Sequence record: ON568341.1
Direction: 5' to 3' (one strand)
Length of the DNA stretch: 64,000 bases
Both the position numbers and the translations under genes were made by a program. Below the pieces are notes generated by a model. It made no database searches and was not told where the DNA came from. It saw nothing but the letters and a program-made list of their open reading frames with translations. Positions 49,190 through 59,297 of the stretch are shown here, piece after piece; position 1 is the stretch's first letter; each line of letters begins with the position of its first letter.

Positions 49190-49636
49190 ATGAATGTTGA
49201 CGAAATAAAAAAACATTTTGAAATTGCATTATCTTGTAATTTTGATACCAAAAGTGTAGTATCACCTAAAGAGTATATACATATTAGCAGTTCTTATTCA
49301 CATTCATGTATAGTCCATATTGAAAAGACCTATGACCGTACTGAGTTATCGTTTTACAACCCACTTATTAGAACAACATCAGTTATGTTAATATACAATA
49401 CAATATCTGACATTATTGAAATTATTTCAACTTATACTGATGTGACTTGCACAACTATATATAATGCAAGTACATGCATAACAGAAGAAGGATATTTCCA
49501 GGAGTCACTTATTCAAAATTTTAATTATGATTATAAAGATTTAAGTTATATAGTCTTAAGTTTTGAAAAAATAAATGAAATGGTTTTGTCATTATTTGAC
49601 ATAATCGAACAAAATCCAAAGGTAATCAAATGCTAA
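49190..49636 (+). CDS. FQxS[TL]-motif family protein 6
   Basis: TEEGYFQESLI. Confidence 0.65.
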   Translation: MNVDEIKKHFEIALSCNFDTKSVVSPKEYIHISSSYSHSCIVHIEKTYDRTELSFYNPLIRTTSVMLIYNTISDIIEIISTYTDVTCTTIYNASTCITEEGYFQESLIQNFNYDYKDLSYIVLSFEKINEMVLSLFDIIEQNPKVIKC

Positions 49637-50070
49637 ATCCAAAAAAGTTTTTTGATTTATTAGGTATTACATCTATACCGGATTTAACAAGTGAAACAAA
49701 CGAATATCGTGATGTTGGAATTGTATCATTGGAATATGATACATTTGACTTTAAATGTTACATAACATATGATGTTGAAACCTATACTAAAAAATCATCA
49801 TACATTTTTGTGTTCATATATAATGATTATAGTGATAATAAACTGAATGATGTTCATATTGACACATTCGAAATATGTGGTAATATTATATCAGATGAAT
49901 CGTCATCTACATTTGATTTGGAGTTAAACAGTACTGAAGAGTCACTTTTTCAGTTGAGTACTATAAGTGACACTATATTAACACCAGATGACATTGAGAA
50001 ATTTAAAGAACATCTTGACGCAGTTCGTGAGATGTTCTATAATCATTATCCAGAAGTGGAGTTCAAATAA
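49630..50070 (+). CDS. FQxS[TL]-motif family protein 7
   Basis: TEESLFQLSTI. Confidence 0.65.
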   Translation: MLNPKKFFDLLGITSIPDLTSETNEYRDVGIVSLEYDTFDFKCYITYDVETYTKKSSYIFVFIYNDYSDNKLNDVHIDTFEICGNIISDESSSTFDLELNSTEESLFQLSTISDTILTPDDIEKFKEHLDAVREMFYNHYPEVEFK

Positions 50071-50084
50071 CTAAAGGTAATAAG

Positions 50085-50345
50085 ATGACTAAAGTAGTTC
50101 GTAAACGCCATATGATGAACATGGATGAATTTCGCACATTTGACAAATATCGTACTATGTTTCGTATGCTTTCACAGGGCCGCCCAATTGTCATTGTAAC
50201 AGAGAATTACATGTCACCTGAGATTATGTTTGGTAATTATGAAAAGGTCTTCATGCTGTACGTGAAGCGTGGATTACTTACAATCAAGACATTAGCTGAA
50301 GCAACTGATGAAGATATGGATGGTGATAATACCTTTACCATGTGA
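50085..50345 (+). CDS. hypothetical protein
   Basis: 86 aa, AAGGT RBS. Confidence 0.6.
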   Translation: MTKVVRKRHMMNMDEFRTFDKYRTMFRMLSQGRPIVIVTENYMSPEIMFGNYEKVFMLYVKRGLLTIKTLAEATDEDMDGDNTFTM

Positions 50346-50353
50346 GGAAATAT

Positions 50354-50431
50354 ATGTCTGAAAAACCAAAAGAACCTTTAGACCGTGATGATGATTTTTA
50401 TGACGAACGATATGGAGATGATAATGAGTGA
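50354..50431 (+). CDS. 25-aa acidic micro-ORF (not in track)
   Basis: GAGGA RBS; MSEKPKEPLDRDDDFYDERYGDDNE; fills the gap between neighbours. Confidence 0.45.
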   Translation: MSEKPKEPLDRDDDFYDERYGDDNE

Positions 50432-50675
50432 ACATAGTGCGGTGCTTAAAAAGATTTTAAAGGAAATTGATGGTGAGTTTAATGTCACAGAAGAAGAATA
50501 TCAGCATTGGAAGAAAGATTTCGAACAACTAACCGAGTATGATAAAGTGTTCAATATGATTGGTGTAATTAGCCAGTACTTACTCGGTGGAGGACGTGCA
50601 AGTGCTTCAATTCTGGCATCTGCAATCATCTGTACATCACGATGGTGTGATGAAAAAAGTTTGGAAGATTTCTAA
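50424..50675 (+). CDS. hypothetical protein
   Basis: GGAG RBS before ATG 50424. Confidence 0.6.
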   Translation: MSEHSAVLKKILKEIDGEFNVTEEEYQHWKKDFEQLTEYDKVFNMIGVISQYLLGGGRASASILASAIICTSRWCDEKSLEDF

Positions 50676-50727
50676 ATAAGATGCTATAATATATTATAGT
50701 ACCTTAACAATATAAAAAGGATTTTAT

Positions 50728-52608
50728 ATGAAACCTATCCGAGTACTATCTCTTTTTAATGGGATGAGTGTAGGATACATGGCATTAAAAGATGCTGGTA
50801 TCCCTGTTGAAAAATATTATTCATCCGAAATTGACAAATTTGCTATAGCTGAATCCCAAGCTAACTTCCCCGATATCATCCAATTGGGTGATGTAACTAG
50901 ATGGAAAGAATGGGATATCGAATGGGACAAGATAGATCTACTGATGGGTGGTTTTCCATGCTTCCCAGCAGGAACTATGATAATGACAAATAAAGGTCAT
51001 AAAGATATAAAAGATATAAAAATTGGTGATATGGTTCTTACACACACTGGACAGTACCAAAAAGTATTGAGTACTGGTGTTAAAAAGGCTCCCACTCGTA
51101 TTATTACAGGTCAAGGTCACCTTCCAATTGAATGTACCGATAATCATCCATTTTGGAGTAGGGAACGTCTAGCCAATAAATGGAATAATCAACGCCGAAG
51201 ATATGATTCTGTGTTTTCTGAACCGCAATGGGTAAATGCTATAGATCTTACTAAACAAAGTTATATTTGTAATGTTAAAAATATTACACATAATACAGTA
51301 AGTGATAAAGATGAAAAATATTGGTATTTTGTTGGTCGTTTTATGGGTGATGGATGTGCTAGTGTATCTAATAACAAATACAGTATTACTATTGTAGATT
51401 CATTAGATAAAGTTGATGAATTGAAAAAATGTTTTGATGATTTTGGATACAAATACACATTAGCTATTAAAGATAATCATGTAAGATGTGATATATATAG
51501 CAAAAAGCTTTATGATGAATTAATATGTATTGGGCATAAATCACAAAACAAATGTTTACCACCTGAAATATTCAATGAAACTATCAATAACAAAGAAGCA
51601 TTTATTAAAGGATACATGGATGCAGATGGTTGTGAGGATAAACACAATAAAAAATACAAATTTACCACCACAAGTTATAAAATAGTTCTTGGTATGCAAC
51701 AGTTAATCTTAGATACTTATCAACGTCATTGTACTATTAGTCAAACTGTTCCAAAAACAAAAAAATATATAAAAAATAAGTTGGTTAATCAGCTTCCGTA
51801 TTGGAATGTTCATTTTAGCTATAATAAAATTAAAAGAGATGATGTAATATATGATGAAATTTATATATGGAATCGTGGTGTAAAAAGTAATGTACCAACC
51901 GGAGAATGGAAAACCGTTTACAATATTGAAGTTGCAGTAGATAACACATATACGGCGAACAATATTGTAGTTCATAACTGCCAAGCGTGGTCAGTTGCAG
52001 GTAAACAGGGTGGAATAAATGATCCTCGTGGTATGTTATTCCATACAATGGTTGATATTTACCAGCACATAAAAAGTCTCAATCCAGACTTGAAAGTACT
52101 GTTCGAGAATGTTAAAATGAAAGAAGATTTCAAGCAATACATTAATAGTGTTCTTGAGATGACACCAGTACTGATAAATTCCCAGCATTATACGCCTCAC
52201 TTCAGGCAGAGATATTACTGGTACAGTACTGATAAACTTTTTATACCACCTGCATTATCAAATGCACCTAAACTTCAAGATATTATTGAAGATGGTTGGT
52301 ACACTGACAGAACCGCTTCGTACTGTATAGATGCTAACTATTTTAAGGGTGGGGATTGTAACCAGTACTTTAATAAATCAAGAAGACAAATTGTTTTCAA
52401 AGAACCTGATATCGATAGGGATTTCCTTCTTGAACATGGTAAGCGAAATGTGGACTATCGTCATTTAACAGTACAAGAGTGTTGCATGTTGCAAGGAATT
52501 GATGTAAACTACTTCAAAGTTAGTAGTTCAACACAAGCATACAAAATGCTTGGGAATGGATGGACTATGCCAGTTATATCACACTTACTACGAGATATAT
52601 TCTTTTGA
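50728..52608 (+). CDS. C5-cytosine DNA methyltransferase interrupted by an intein
   Basis: Motif I LSLFNGMS, IV GGFP|CQAWS, VI LFENV, VIII FRQRYYW, IX RHLTVQECCMLQG, X YKMLGNGW; spliced length 286 aa. Confidence 0.9.
   Translation: MKPIRVLSLFNGMSVGYMALKDAGIPVEKYYSSEIDKFAIAESQANFPDIIQLGDVTRWKEWDIEWDKIDLLMGGFPCFPAGTMIMTNKGHKDIKDIKIGDMVLTHTGQYQKVLSTGVKKAPTRIITGQGHLPIECTDNHPFWSRERLANKWNNQRRRYDSVFSEPQWVNAIDLTKQSYICNVKNITHNTVSDKDEKYWYFVGRFMGDGCASVSNNKYSITIVDSLDKVDELKKCFDDFGYKYTLAIKDNHVRCDIYSKKLYDELICIGHKSQNKCLPPEIFNETINNKEAFIKGYMDADGCEDKHNKKYKFTTTSYKIVLGMQQLILDTYQRHCTISQTVPKTKKYIKNKLVNQLPYWNVHFSYNKIKRDDVIYDEIYIWNRGVKSNVPTGEWKTVYNIEVAVDNTYTANNIVVHNCQAWSVAGKQGGINDPRGMLFHTMVDIYQHIKSLNPDLKVLFENVKMKEDFKQYINSVLEMTPVLINSQHYTPHFRQRYYWYSTDKLFIPPALSNAPKLQDIIEDGWYTDRTASYCIDANYFKGGDCNQYFNKSRRQIVFKEPDIDRDFLLEHGKRNVDYRHLTVQECCMLQGIDVNYFKVSSSTQAYKMLGNGWTMPVISHLLRDIFF
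50959..51978 (+). mobile_element. intein with LAGLIDADG homing endonuclease (340 aa)
   Basis: Starts CFPAGTMIMT, block B CTDNHPF, LAGLIDADG blocks VGRFMGDG and IKGYMDADG, ends VYNIEV...NNIVVHN before C. Confidence 0.93.
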
Positions 52609-53090
52609 ACATAAACAAACACCAAACTTATATAAAACGTGCAGAAAGTTTCAAACGGCTGGCTGTAAAATCTGAATTAGAATTTAATTTGTATTATCCT
52701 AATATTGGTGATGAGGTATTTTATTGCTCACATTCAAAGAATGGAACTTTACTTAAATCGGGTAAAGGAACTATTGTTGATATGACCGCAAATTTCAGAG
52801 GTAAACTTAATGTAATGTACAAAGTGCAAGATTCAAGTACTGAGTGTATCCATGAAGTGATGCATAACATACCTGCATATCCAAAAGATTTTGTTCAGCT
52901 AATATCTCGAAGGGAGAAACCTATGTTTTATTGTGGTTACGACAAATTAACCAAACAAATTATTCCTAATACTATGGGAAAATTTAAAAGTGATGTAAAA
53001 TCTGAACTAGAAAAGAAATTTGGTACATCATGGGAAACTGAAAACGAGTTTATCGAAATTCGTTTAATTGAAGTTACTATTCTTGATTAA
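52560..53090 (+). CDS. hypothetical protein (start uncertain, possibly TTG ~52605)
   Basis: Open frame overlapping the end of the MTase. Confidence 0.55.
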   Translation: MDYASYITLTTRYILLNINKHQTYIKRAESFKRLAVKSELEFNLYYPNIGDEVFYCSHSKNGTLLKSGKGTIVDMTANFRGKLNVMYKVQDSSTECIHEVMHNIPAYPKDFVQLISRREKPMFYCGYDKLTKQIIPNTMGKFKSDVKSELEKKFGTSWETENEFIEIRLIEVTILD

Positions 53091-53094
53091 TTAT

Positions 53095-53119
53095 AAATCC
53101 ACGCAATGCGTGGATTTTT
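53095..53119 (+). terminator. intrinsic terminator
   Basis: aaatccacgca-a-tgcgtggattttt. Confidence 0.75.
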
Positions 53120-53132
53120 CATAGGTGTATAT

Positions 53133-53648
53133 ATGTCAATTCCTTATGTTAAAATTATTAACAATATTCTTGATTCTTGGGAAGATGTCATTATTGGTAA
53201 AAAGAAGCCTTTACCCGTTCATGCACTATCTGGAAAACTTCAATTCAGAATGTCAAATAAAACTGAAACGTTTAATAATCATGATATTTGTATTACACTA
53301 AAAACACCTGATTGTATTGTAATTAAAAAAAATAAAGATGATGAATTGACATTATCTATTGGTCGTGATAAAATCATTTTAAATAATTTGTCTGAAGAAG
53401 AATTTTTTCAAATAAGTACTATTATCGACATGAAAGATTTTACATATGAATCGTTGATAGAACTCAATACACGTTTTATCGATATACAGGAACGATTGCG
53501 ACCCATTCTTCGTATCGAAGAAGAAGCTTGGATTGAAAGTATGAATAAGATGCAAGAAATGTTGAAAGAAACTATTAACAATATGGGTCAATCTATTTTG
53601 GACATTGGTAAAACTTTTAAACTCAACTTTTCAAAGGAACGTAAATGA
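53133..53648 (+). CDS. FQxS[TL]-motif family protein 8
   Basis: SEEEFFQISTI; AGGTG RBS before ATG 53133. Confidence 0.65.
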   Translation: MSIPYVKIINNILDSWEDVIIGKKKPLPVHALSGKLQFRMSNKTETFNNHDICITLKTPDCIVIKKNKDDELTLSIGRDKIILNNLSEEEFFQISTIIDMKDFTYESLIELNTRFIDIQERLRPILRIEEEAWIESMNKMQEMLKETINNMGQSILDIGKTFKLNFSKERK

Positions 53649-54097
53649 AAATCGATGAACTGATTTATATTTTAGGTAACTTGCATAAAATATTGTTACA
53701 TCGCAACGAGATGAATAAACTAGGATATAATATCTCTAATGTAAATGAAGCAACATTTAAATATAACTCAATCACTGGTGGAAATTATAATATTGTGTAT
53801 TGCTATGAAACGGACCCAGACTGTTACCAACTTACGTTATACTTTTCTCCAACAAACCCAGCCTTTGTTCACGACATATCATCAATATCACTTGACCCAG
53901 ATGGAGAAATGAGTATAGAATATAACTATGATTCTAAAAAAGAATGTTATGTTGAAGATATGAAAAATATGTTTAACGATGAATATGTGTTCCAGCTAAG
54001 TACTGTACATGATGTTGGCAGTACTAATGGACAATTTTGGAATACATGTTATTATCATATGATTGAAATTTGTAAATTACTAAAAGGCGATGATTAA
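53645..54097 (+). CDS. FQxS[TL]-motif family protein 9
   Basis: NDEYVFQLSTV. Confidence 0.65.
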   Translation: MKIDELIYILGNLHKILLHRNEMNKLGYNISNVNEATFKYNSITGGNYNIVYCYETDPDCYQLTLYFSPTNPAFVHDISSISLDPDGEMSIEYNYDSKKECYVEDMKNMFNDEYVFQLSTVHDVGSTNGQFWNTCYYHMIEICKLLKGDD

Positions 54098-54480
54098 TGA
54101 AATACAGCATTGAAGTACATTACACTACAGGTGACACTGAAACAGAAGATTCAGTTACCAATACATTGGATGTTCAATGGGAATCAAAGGATGAGGCAGT
54201 TGTAGCATTACAGTCTTTGAAAGAGCATTGGGTATTCTTTAAGAAACTCGATGATGCATATAGTAACGAACGTGCGACCATAATCGATGAAGCCAAACAT
54301 AAAGAATGGTTTGATCCAATGTCATGTGAATTCTCTTTCTTTGTAAAAAATGGAGATGAAAAAATTCCAGTACATACACCGTGGAACGGCTACTTTGAAA
54401 CTCTTCATAATGCACGAGTTATCGCTGTGGATAATCCTGAACAAATCGATTTCGATTCATTGGACTGGAAAAAACTATGA
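54097..54480 (+). CDS. hypothetical protein
   Basis: 127 aa, coupled to neighbours. Confidence 0.65.
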   Translation: MKYSIEVHYTTGDTETEDSVTNTLDVQWESKDEAVVALQSLKEHWVFFKKLDDAYSNERATIIDEAKHKEWFDPMSCEFSFFVKNGDEKIPVHTPWNGYFETLHNARVIAVDNPEQIDFDSLDWKKL

Positions 54481-54920
54481 CAGTACTGCACCAATTGAAG
54501 AAGGTTAAGCATCCAGTTGTATATGAGGACTGGAAACGTCAGAAGCTGATGGGTGACTTTTATTACCCAAAATCTAAAGTACTGGCAACGTCAAAAGCTA
54601 TATACTTGAAATATAAGGATGAAGATTGTTTGTGTATTCAAATGGGATTCCATCCTAAAGTTGGTTTGTTTACATCAAATCAAACATTTTATAAATTTAG
54701 AATTCAAAAAGATACATTTAGTATTCATATCGAAAAGCATGATGTACAAGATACAATTTATCGTGTGGAAAGTGAGCCTTTGAATCTTGTTGAGATTCCG
54801 TACAATAATTTAGAAGAAATGTACTTTCAGCAGTTGACAATACAAGAAGACTTTGGTATGATAGGACTTCAAGAGTTAGAGATGATTAAACAAATTCGTG
54901 ATGTCTACTTTAAGGAGTAA
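54477..54920 (+). CDS. FQxS[TL]-motif family protein 10
   Basis: LEEMYFQQLTI. Confidence 0.6.
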   Translation: MTVLHQLKKVKHPVVYEDWKRQKLMGDFYYPKSKVLATSKAIYLKYKDEDCLCIQMGFHPKVGLFTSNQTFYKFRIQKDTFSIHIEKHDVQDTIYRVESEPLNLVEIPYNNLEEMYFQQLTIQEDFGMIGLQELEMIKQIRDVYFKE

Positions 54921-54922
54921 CT

Positions 54923-55066
54923 ATGCCAGTACGTAACAGTACTTCACGCTTTACGCTTCAACAGAAAGCAGATCTTTTGAATATGGCAAACAAAGATTCT
55001 AATTTTCACTATCTAGTGCTCGGTGGGTCAGTAGAAAAGATTGACCTACGTGAGTGTATGAAATAA
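54923..55066 (+). CDS. 47-aa ORF (not in track)
   Basis: AAGGAG RBS; MPVRNSTSRFTLQQKADLLNM... Confidence 0.55.
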   Translation: MPVRNSTSRFTLQQKADLLNMANKDSNFHYLVLGGSVEKIDLRECMK

Positions 55067-55080
55067 CAAAAGGGGCTAAA

Positions 55081-55251
55081 ATGAGTCTACGTGAATCATG
55101 GGAACAATTTAAAGAAGAGATTGGTTATCGTGGTGTTAAGATTGAAAAAATCAATCGTTCTGAAAGCATCAAAGCCAGTTCTAATGGCACTACTTATGAT
55201 CGTTATGATGAAAAGTATGGTTTGCATTCTAACCCGAAGGATAGTGAATAA
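55081..55251 (+). CDS. hypothetical protein
   Basis: AGGGG RBS before ATG 55081. Confidence 0.55.
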   Translation: MSLRESWEQFKEEIGYRGVKIEKINRSESIKASSNGTTYDRYDEKYGLHSNPKDSE

Positions 55252-55394
55252 TGGTATACACTAACATTTTTACTGGTATTATGCGTAAATTTATTAATGG
55301 TACTGGATACGTATCCAATGACAACGGTAGTACATGGGTAAAAAATAATACGTCTGAATCTTTAGTAAAAAGTCTTCCGTATTATAAAGCTTGA
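55251..55394 (+). CDS. 47-aa ORF (not in track)
   Basis: ATG overlapping the previous TAA. Confidence 0.45.
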   Translation: MVYTNIFTGIMRKFINGTGYVSNDNGSTWVKNNTSESLVKSLPYYKA

Positions 55395-55419
55395 CACATG
55401 AAAATGGAGTATGTATAAT
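55391..55419 (+). promoter_or_regulatory. sigma70 early promoter
   Basis: TTGACA-17-TATAAT, exact. Confidence 0.85.
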
Positions 55420-55451
55420 ACTCCTATATTAATTAAACGAGGATATACGAA

Positions 55452-56024
55452 ATGGCGGGTGTTGATAAAATTTGCGAATTCAGTTCAGATTATGAAGGGT
55501 ACGAAATGTATAAGTCCAAGCGTAATCACATTCAAGTACTGTCAAAGTACCGAAAACATTTTAGAGGACACAAAGCAACCCTGTATATTTTTGAAAACGG
55601 ATTGAAAGAGGTATGGAAGTCGGGTGCGTTATCTGATGCAACGATGGAATGTGTAAATCCAAACCCAACTGAAGAGAACTGGAATAACCACGAATATTTC
55701 CGTGTTGCCACACGTACACCTTGGGGTAAAAAGGAATGCTTTGGTGTATTCTTTGATAACATTAATGAATACAAAGCTGCATTAAAACAATATCACCAGC
55801 GTTTACTAATGAATTATGATTACATTCTTCATGTACCAACTGTTCCTGGACAGGTTAATGGTATCTATACGAACAGTACGCATGATTTAACTGCGGTGAA
55901 ACGTCGTCTTAAACGTATGTTGGGTAGTGGTAATTTAACAATCAAGGTTATGCGTAATGAATCAATGTATAACTTTTTAAATATCCTACACTACACATTA
56001 AAGGATAATAATGGAAACGATTAA
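55452..56024 (+). CDS. hypothetical protein
   Basis: 190 aa, GAGGA RBS. Confidence 0.7.
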   Translation: MAGVDKICEFSSDYEGYEMYKSKRNHIQVLSKYRKHFRGHKATLYIFENGLKEVWKSGALSDATMECVNPNPTEENWNNHEYFRVATRTPWGKKECFGVFFDNINEYKAALKQYHQRLLMNYDYILHVPTVPGQVNGIYTNSTHDLTAVKRRLKRMLGSGNLTIKVMRNESMYNFLNILHYTLKDNNGND

Positions 56025-56208
56025 GTTTATTTTTGAGGTGTTTGTTGCATTCATCTTATGTATTGTATCTATTACTATTTCTTTAATCCCAGTCATCGTG
56101 TACCAAATTAATGGCGGCACTGATCCAACAGTTGATATGTTTCTTCGTTGCTTTGGATTTTGTATATGGTTAGCGATGTTTATGTTCTATATGCATCGTG
56201 AGGAATAA
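56011..56208 (+). CDS. small membrane protein (2 TM)
   Basis: Two hydrophobic segments. Confidence 0.6.
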   Translation: METIKFIFEVFVAFILCIVSITISLIPVIVYQINGGTDPTVDMFLRCFGFCIWLAMFMFYMHREE

Positions 56209-56210
56209 TT

Positions 56211-57041
56211 ATGTCATTGGAAAAAGTAATCATTTCTGAATTCCGAAAGTATATCATGGATTGTGATAGAGATGTGCAACGTAAATTCAATGAGTATCTT
56301 GACAAATATCCGTATTTGATGTTTAATCCGTTTGAAGTTGATAATGATTTATATCTTGGATTTTACATAGGATTTACTCACCGAATTCTACATAAAGATG
56401 AGATGAAACAATCTGAGATTTGGGTAGAAACTGACTCAGCCGAGTCTAATATTTTTTATCTTTATACATATTATGCCGAAATTGTTAGAGATATGACACC
56501 TGACGGTTGTCTATTTGTACAATCGTCTGATATTGAAAGAATATATGTAGAACCTGTATCTTTGGACATGGTTGCACAACTTCCAACTATCCAACAGTTA
56601 GGTGCGGAAGAATTAACTTATTCTGTATTTGAATATTTAAATAGAGATGATTTGACTCAAGAAATTGATAAAATGGTTTCTAAATATACTTCATCCCTTA
56701 TTTCGGATGGTAAACTCAGATTGGAATTAATTTTTGAAGATACGAGTATTAATCCAGTAAGAGGGGTTACAATTGGAAACGTTACCATACGTGTTGTTTA
56801 CGATAATGAAGTTCTAGGATATATCTCAAAACGTGGTCATGATTTATGTATAAATAGAACATTCGTTATTTCTCGTAAAAAATGGAATGATTTAATGCAG
56901 AAAATTGTTGACGGCAGTAAAATTCGTGATATAATATGTAATGATATGGTAATAATGAATCCCGATGTTGACTGTGATGTATATTTTCCAGTACCTGGGT
57001 TTACACGAGAAAACTTTAGTAAATTGAAGGATACGAAATGA
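56211..57041 (+). CDS. hypothetical protein
   Basis: 276 aa, GAGGA RBS. Confidence 0.7.
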   Translation: MSLEKVIISEFRKYIMDCDRDVQRKFNEYLDKYPYLMFNPFEVDNDLYLGFYIGFTHRILHKDEMKQSEIWVETDSAESNIFYLYTYYAEIVRDMTPDGCLFVQSSDIERIYVEPVSLDMVAQLPTIQQLGAEELTYSVFEYLNRDDLTQEIDKMVSKYTSSLISDGKLRLELIFEDTSINPVRGVTIGNVTIRVVYDNEVLGYISKRGHDLCINRTFVISRKKWNDLMQKIVDGSKIRDIICNDMVIMNPDVDCDVYFPVPGFTRENFSKLKDTK

Positions 57042-57328
57042 AAATTTTAGAAGTCTTGCTAGAAAAAGATGCATCTGGTACACTTTATGTTGGTAATGAG
57101 TTCAGTCCAGATCCAATTGATATGTTACAAAGAATCCAAACACTGACTCAAAATATCTCAGTTAAAAAACCGTTTCAGAAAGAATTGGAAATCTTTTGTG
57201 ATAAAGATATTGAACAGCATGATAATGTGATTTCAGATATTAAAAGTCTATTGACAAAAAATGGTTATGTAGAGTATAATCCTCCTATCGTAATCGTTAT
57301 TCCAGACTTCATGAAAGGAACAATCTAA
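57038..57328 (+). CDS. hypothetical protein
   Basis: 96 aa. Confidence 0.6.
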   Translation: MKILEVLLEKDASGTLYVGNEFSPDPIDMLQRIQTLTQNISVKKPFQKELEIFCDKDIEQHDNVISDIKSLLTKNGYVEYNPPIVIVIPDFMKGTI

Positions 57329-57597
57329 TGACTAAAGACGAAATGAAATCTCGCTTAAGAGAACTGAAGAAAGAGCGTAAACTAGTACGTTTAGACTGGG
57401 ATATCCTTAACAGGAAAGATGAGCAATCATATGCTAACTGGAGTTCTGAGAAAGTACGAAATGACCGTTCTAAAGAAGATGCAAAGCAATTCATGGCATT
57501 AACGAAGCGACTAACATCTTTGAACAGTGAAATTGCTGGCCTTCAGAAAGAGATCATTTCCATTCTTAAAGCGGAGATTGAATCACTCTATGAATAA
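57328..57597 (+). CDS. small coiled-coil protein
   Basis: 89 aa, AAGGA RBS. Confidence 0.65.
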   Translation: MTKDEMKSRLRELKKERKLVRLDWDILNRKDEQSYANWSSEKVRNDRSKEDAKQFMALTKRLTSLNSEIAGLQKEIISILKAEIESLYE

Positions 57598-57886
57598 CCA
57601 TGAAGTAATTCATTTTGATGATAAGATCTATGTACCAAATAGTGATAGTACTGAAACATATTACCTAATCAATAAGATTATGGCTGAAACAAATACTTGT
57701 TGTCACCAACAGCCGGGAAAATATGAATTCAGACAGACTGTTGGCTATTACCGATATGATATGTTAGAATCATTTATAATTGATAAGTCTAAAGTTATTG
57801 ACATTCTTGTACAGAATGGATATAATGAAGAACAGGTAAATGATACAGATTTACCAGTTTCACAAATTGTTCTTTCTAATAATTAA
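57590..57886 (+). CDS. hypothetical protein
   Basis: GGAG upstream of ATG 57590. Confidence 0.6.
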   Translation: MNNHEVIHFDDKIYVPNSDSTETYYLINKIMAETNTCCHQQPGKYEFRQTVGYYRYDMLESFIIDKSKVIDILVQNGYNEEQVNDTDLPVSQIVLSNN

Positions 57887-57889
57887 AGT

Positions 57890-57918
57890 TGGACAATAAA
57901 CATATATTGTGATATAAT
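57890..57918 (+). promoter_or_regulatory. sigma70 early promoter
   Basis: TGGACA-17-TATAAT with TG extension. Confidence 0.7.
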
Positions 57919-58001
57919 ATTTGTTATCGGCAGATGTTAAAATGCAAACCATTCCTCAATGATGAGGGTTTTTCATAAAAAAGAAATAAAAGGGTATTAA
58001 A

Positions 58002-58211
58002 ATGGCTAAAGAAACTAACGCACAAGTACTAGATATCACCGACTTCGACCGCACCGTGAACTACATTCAATTCCAGATTCATCAAGCAGAAGAAGCTCTA
58101 GCAGTCTTTCACGGTACTGGTGCAAGGCCAATCCGTTTTGCTCACTTGATTGCATGGAAGAAAAGTCTTCAAGAAGAACTATCTGAACTGCGTAAAGCAA
58201 ATCGTAAGTAA
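58002..58211 (+). CDS. small early protein in its own transcription unit
   Basis: 69 aa; own promoter upstream and terminator 58223-49. Confidence 0.7.
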   Translation: MAKETNAQVLDITDFDRTVNYIQFQIHQAEEALAVFHGTGARPIRFAHLIAWKKSLQEELSELRKANRK

Positions 58212-58276
58212 TTTATCTTACCGCCTCATCATTGTTGATGGGGCATTTTAATCATATAAAGTAAGAGGATTTATAA

Positions 58277-58783
58277 ATGAGTGTTGAATATTGGTTTTTG
58301 ATTGTGTGTATTGGGACACTGGCACTAATCACCATTGGTTTGACCTTCAATACTATGATCAGTGGGAGTAAGTACTTTAAAACATTTCAACTTTTAATGT
58401 CTGCAATGCCATATAGTGCTGATGCCGAAAAAACAATTACTCTAATTTTAGATAAGTTCGATGCAAATCTTTTGATTGCTAAAATTTCAGCGTGCGATAC
58501 AAATATTGTATTTTACTCACCAGATAATGACTTGGATAAAAAAGATACCCAATACTCAAACCAAGCAGTTGCTGAAATTTTTATTGGTTCAAAATATTAT
58601 GCCTATGGATATGTAAGAAAATATTATTCAGAAGCAAAAGCTGAGTTGACAAAAAAACGACCTTCTATTAAAACGTTAAAACGCATCATTGCGTTGGAAA
58701 AATCACTTCGCGGACAGACAAGCGTAAATGAACCACCATCAGTGATTAAATCCAAAAAAAGTAACGTAGTGGAGTTAGAGTAA
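58277..58783 (+). CDS. membrane-anchored hypothetical protein
   Basis: N-terminal TM; GAGGA RBS. Confidence 0.65.
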   Translation: MSVEYWFLIVCIGTLALITIGLTFNTMISGSKYFKTFQLLMSAMPYSADAEKTITLILDKFDANLLIAKISACDTNIVFYSPDNDLDKKDTQYSNQAVAEIFIGSKYYAYGYVRKYYSEAKAELTKKRPSIKTLKRIIALEKSLRGQTSVNEPPSVIKSKKSNVVELE

Positions 58784-59073
58784 TGGAACCAGAAAAATCA
58801 AAACAAATTCTTATTGATGTACAAGCTAAACTGTTAGATGTTATGGAAATCATCAATGAGTTACCATCGGGTTATAAGTACAAAGTTCGTGAAATGTTAT
58901 CATGTGCTGAAACTGTTGTTTCTATGTATAATGATATACAGCATGGTGTTATTCCTGATATTCTCAAAAATGACGTAAATATTGATACTGATGAAAAAGA
59001 AACAAATATAGAATCAGAAACAATCTCTAATAAAAAAGTTCTTGACATTAGTGGTATAAAAATTAATATCTAA
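58783..59073 (+). CDS. hypothetical protein
   Basis: 96 aa. Confidence 0.6.
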   Translation: MEPEKSKQILIDVQAKLLDVMEIINELPSGYKYKVREMLSCAETVVSMYNDIQHGVIPDILKNDVNIDTDEKETNIESETISNKKVLDISGIKINI

Positions 59074-59094
59074 TAACATCCAATAGGAGAAGTA

Positions 59095-59244
59095 ATGAGT
59101 AATCAAAAAATTGATTTAGTAGTAAAACTTCAAGAGATTCAATCACTAGCTAAAGAACTCGATGAAGCACGTGCATCAGTGGTCGATTCTTTGTGTGCAA
59201 CCATATTAGCTGTATTTTCAGATTATGATAAAAACACTGATTAA
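59095..59244 (+). CDS. 49-aa helical ORF (not in track)
   Basis: AGGAG RBS; MSNQKIDLVVKLQEIQSLAKELDE... Confidence 0.6.
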   Translation: MSNQKIDLVVKLQEIQSLAKELDEARASVVDSLCATILAVFSDYDKNTD

Positions 59245-59257
59245 CATTACTTTTTAT

Positions 59258-59286
59258 ATACCCAGTCAAGTACTGGGTATTTTTTT
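59258..59286 (+). terminator. intrinsic terminator
   Basis: atacccagt-caagt-actgggtat tttttt. Confidence 0.75.
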
Positions 59287-59297
59287 AAGGAAATAAA

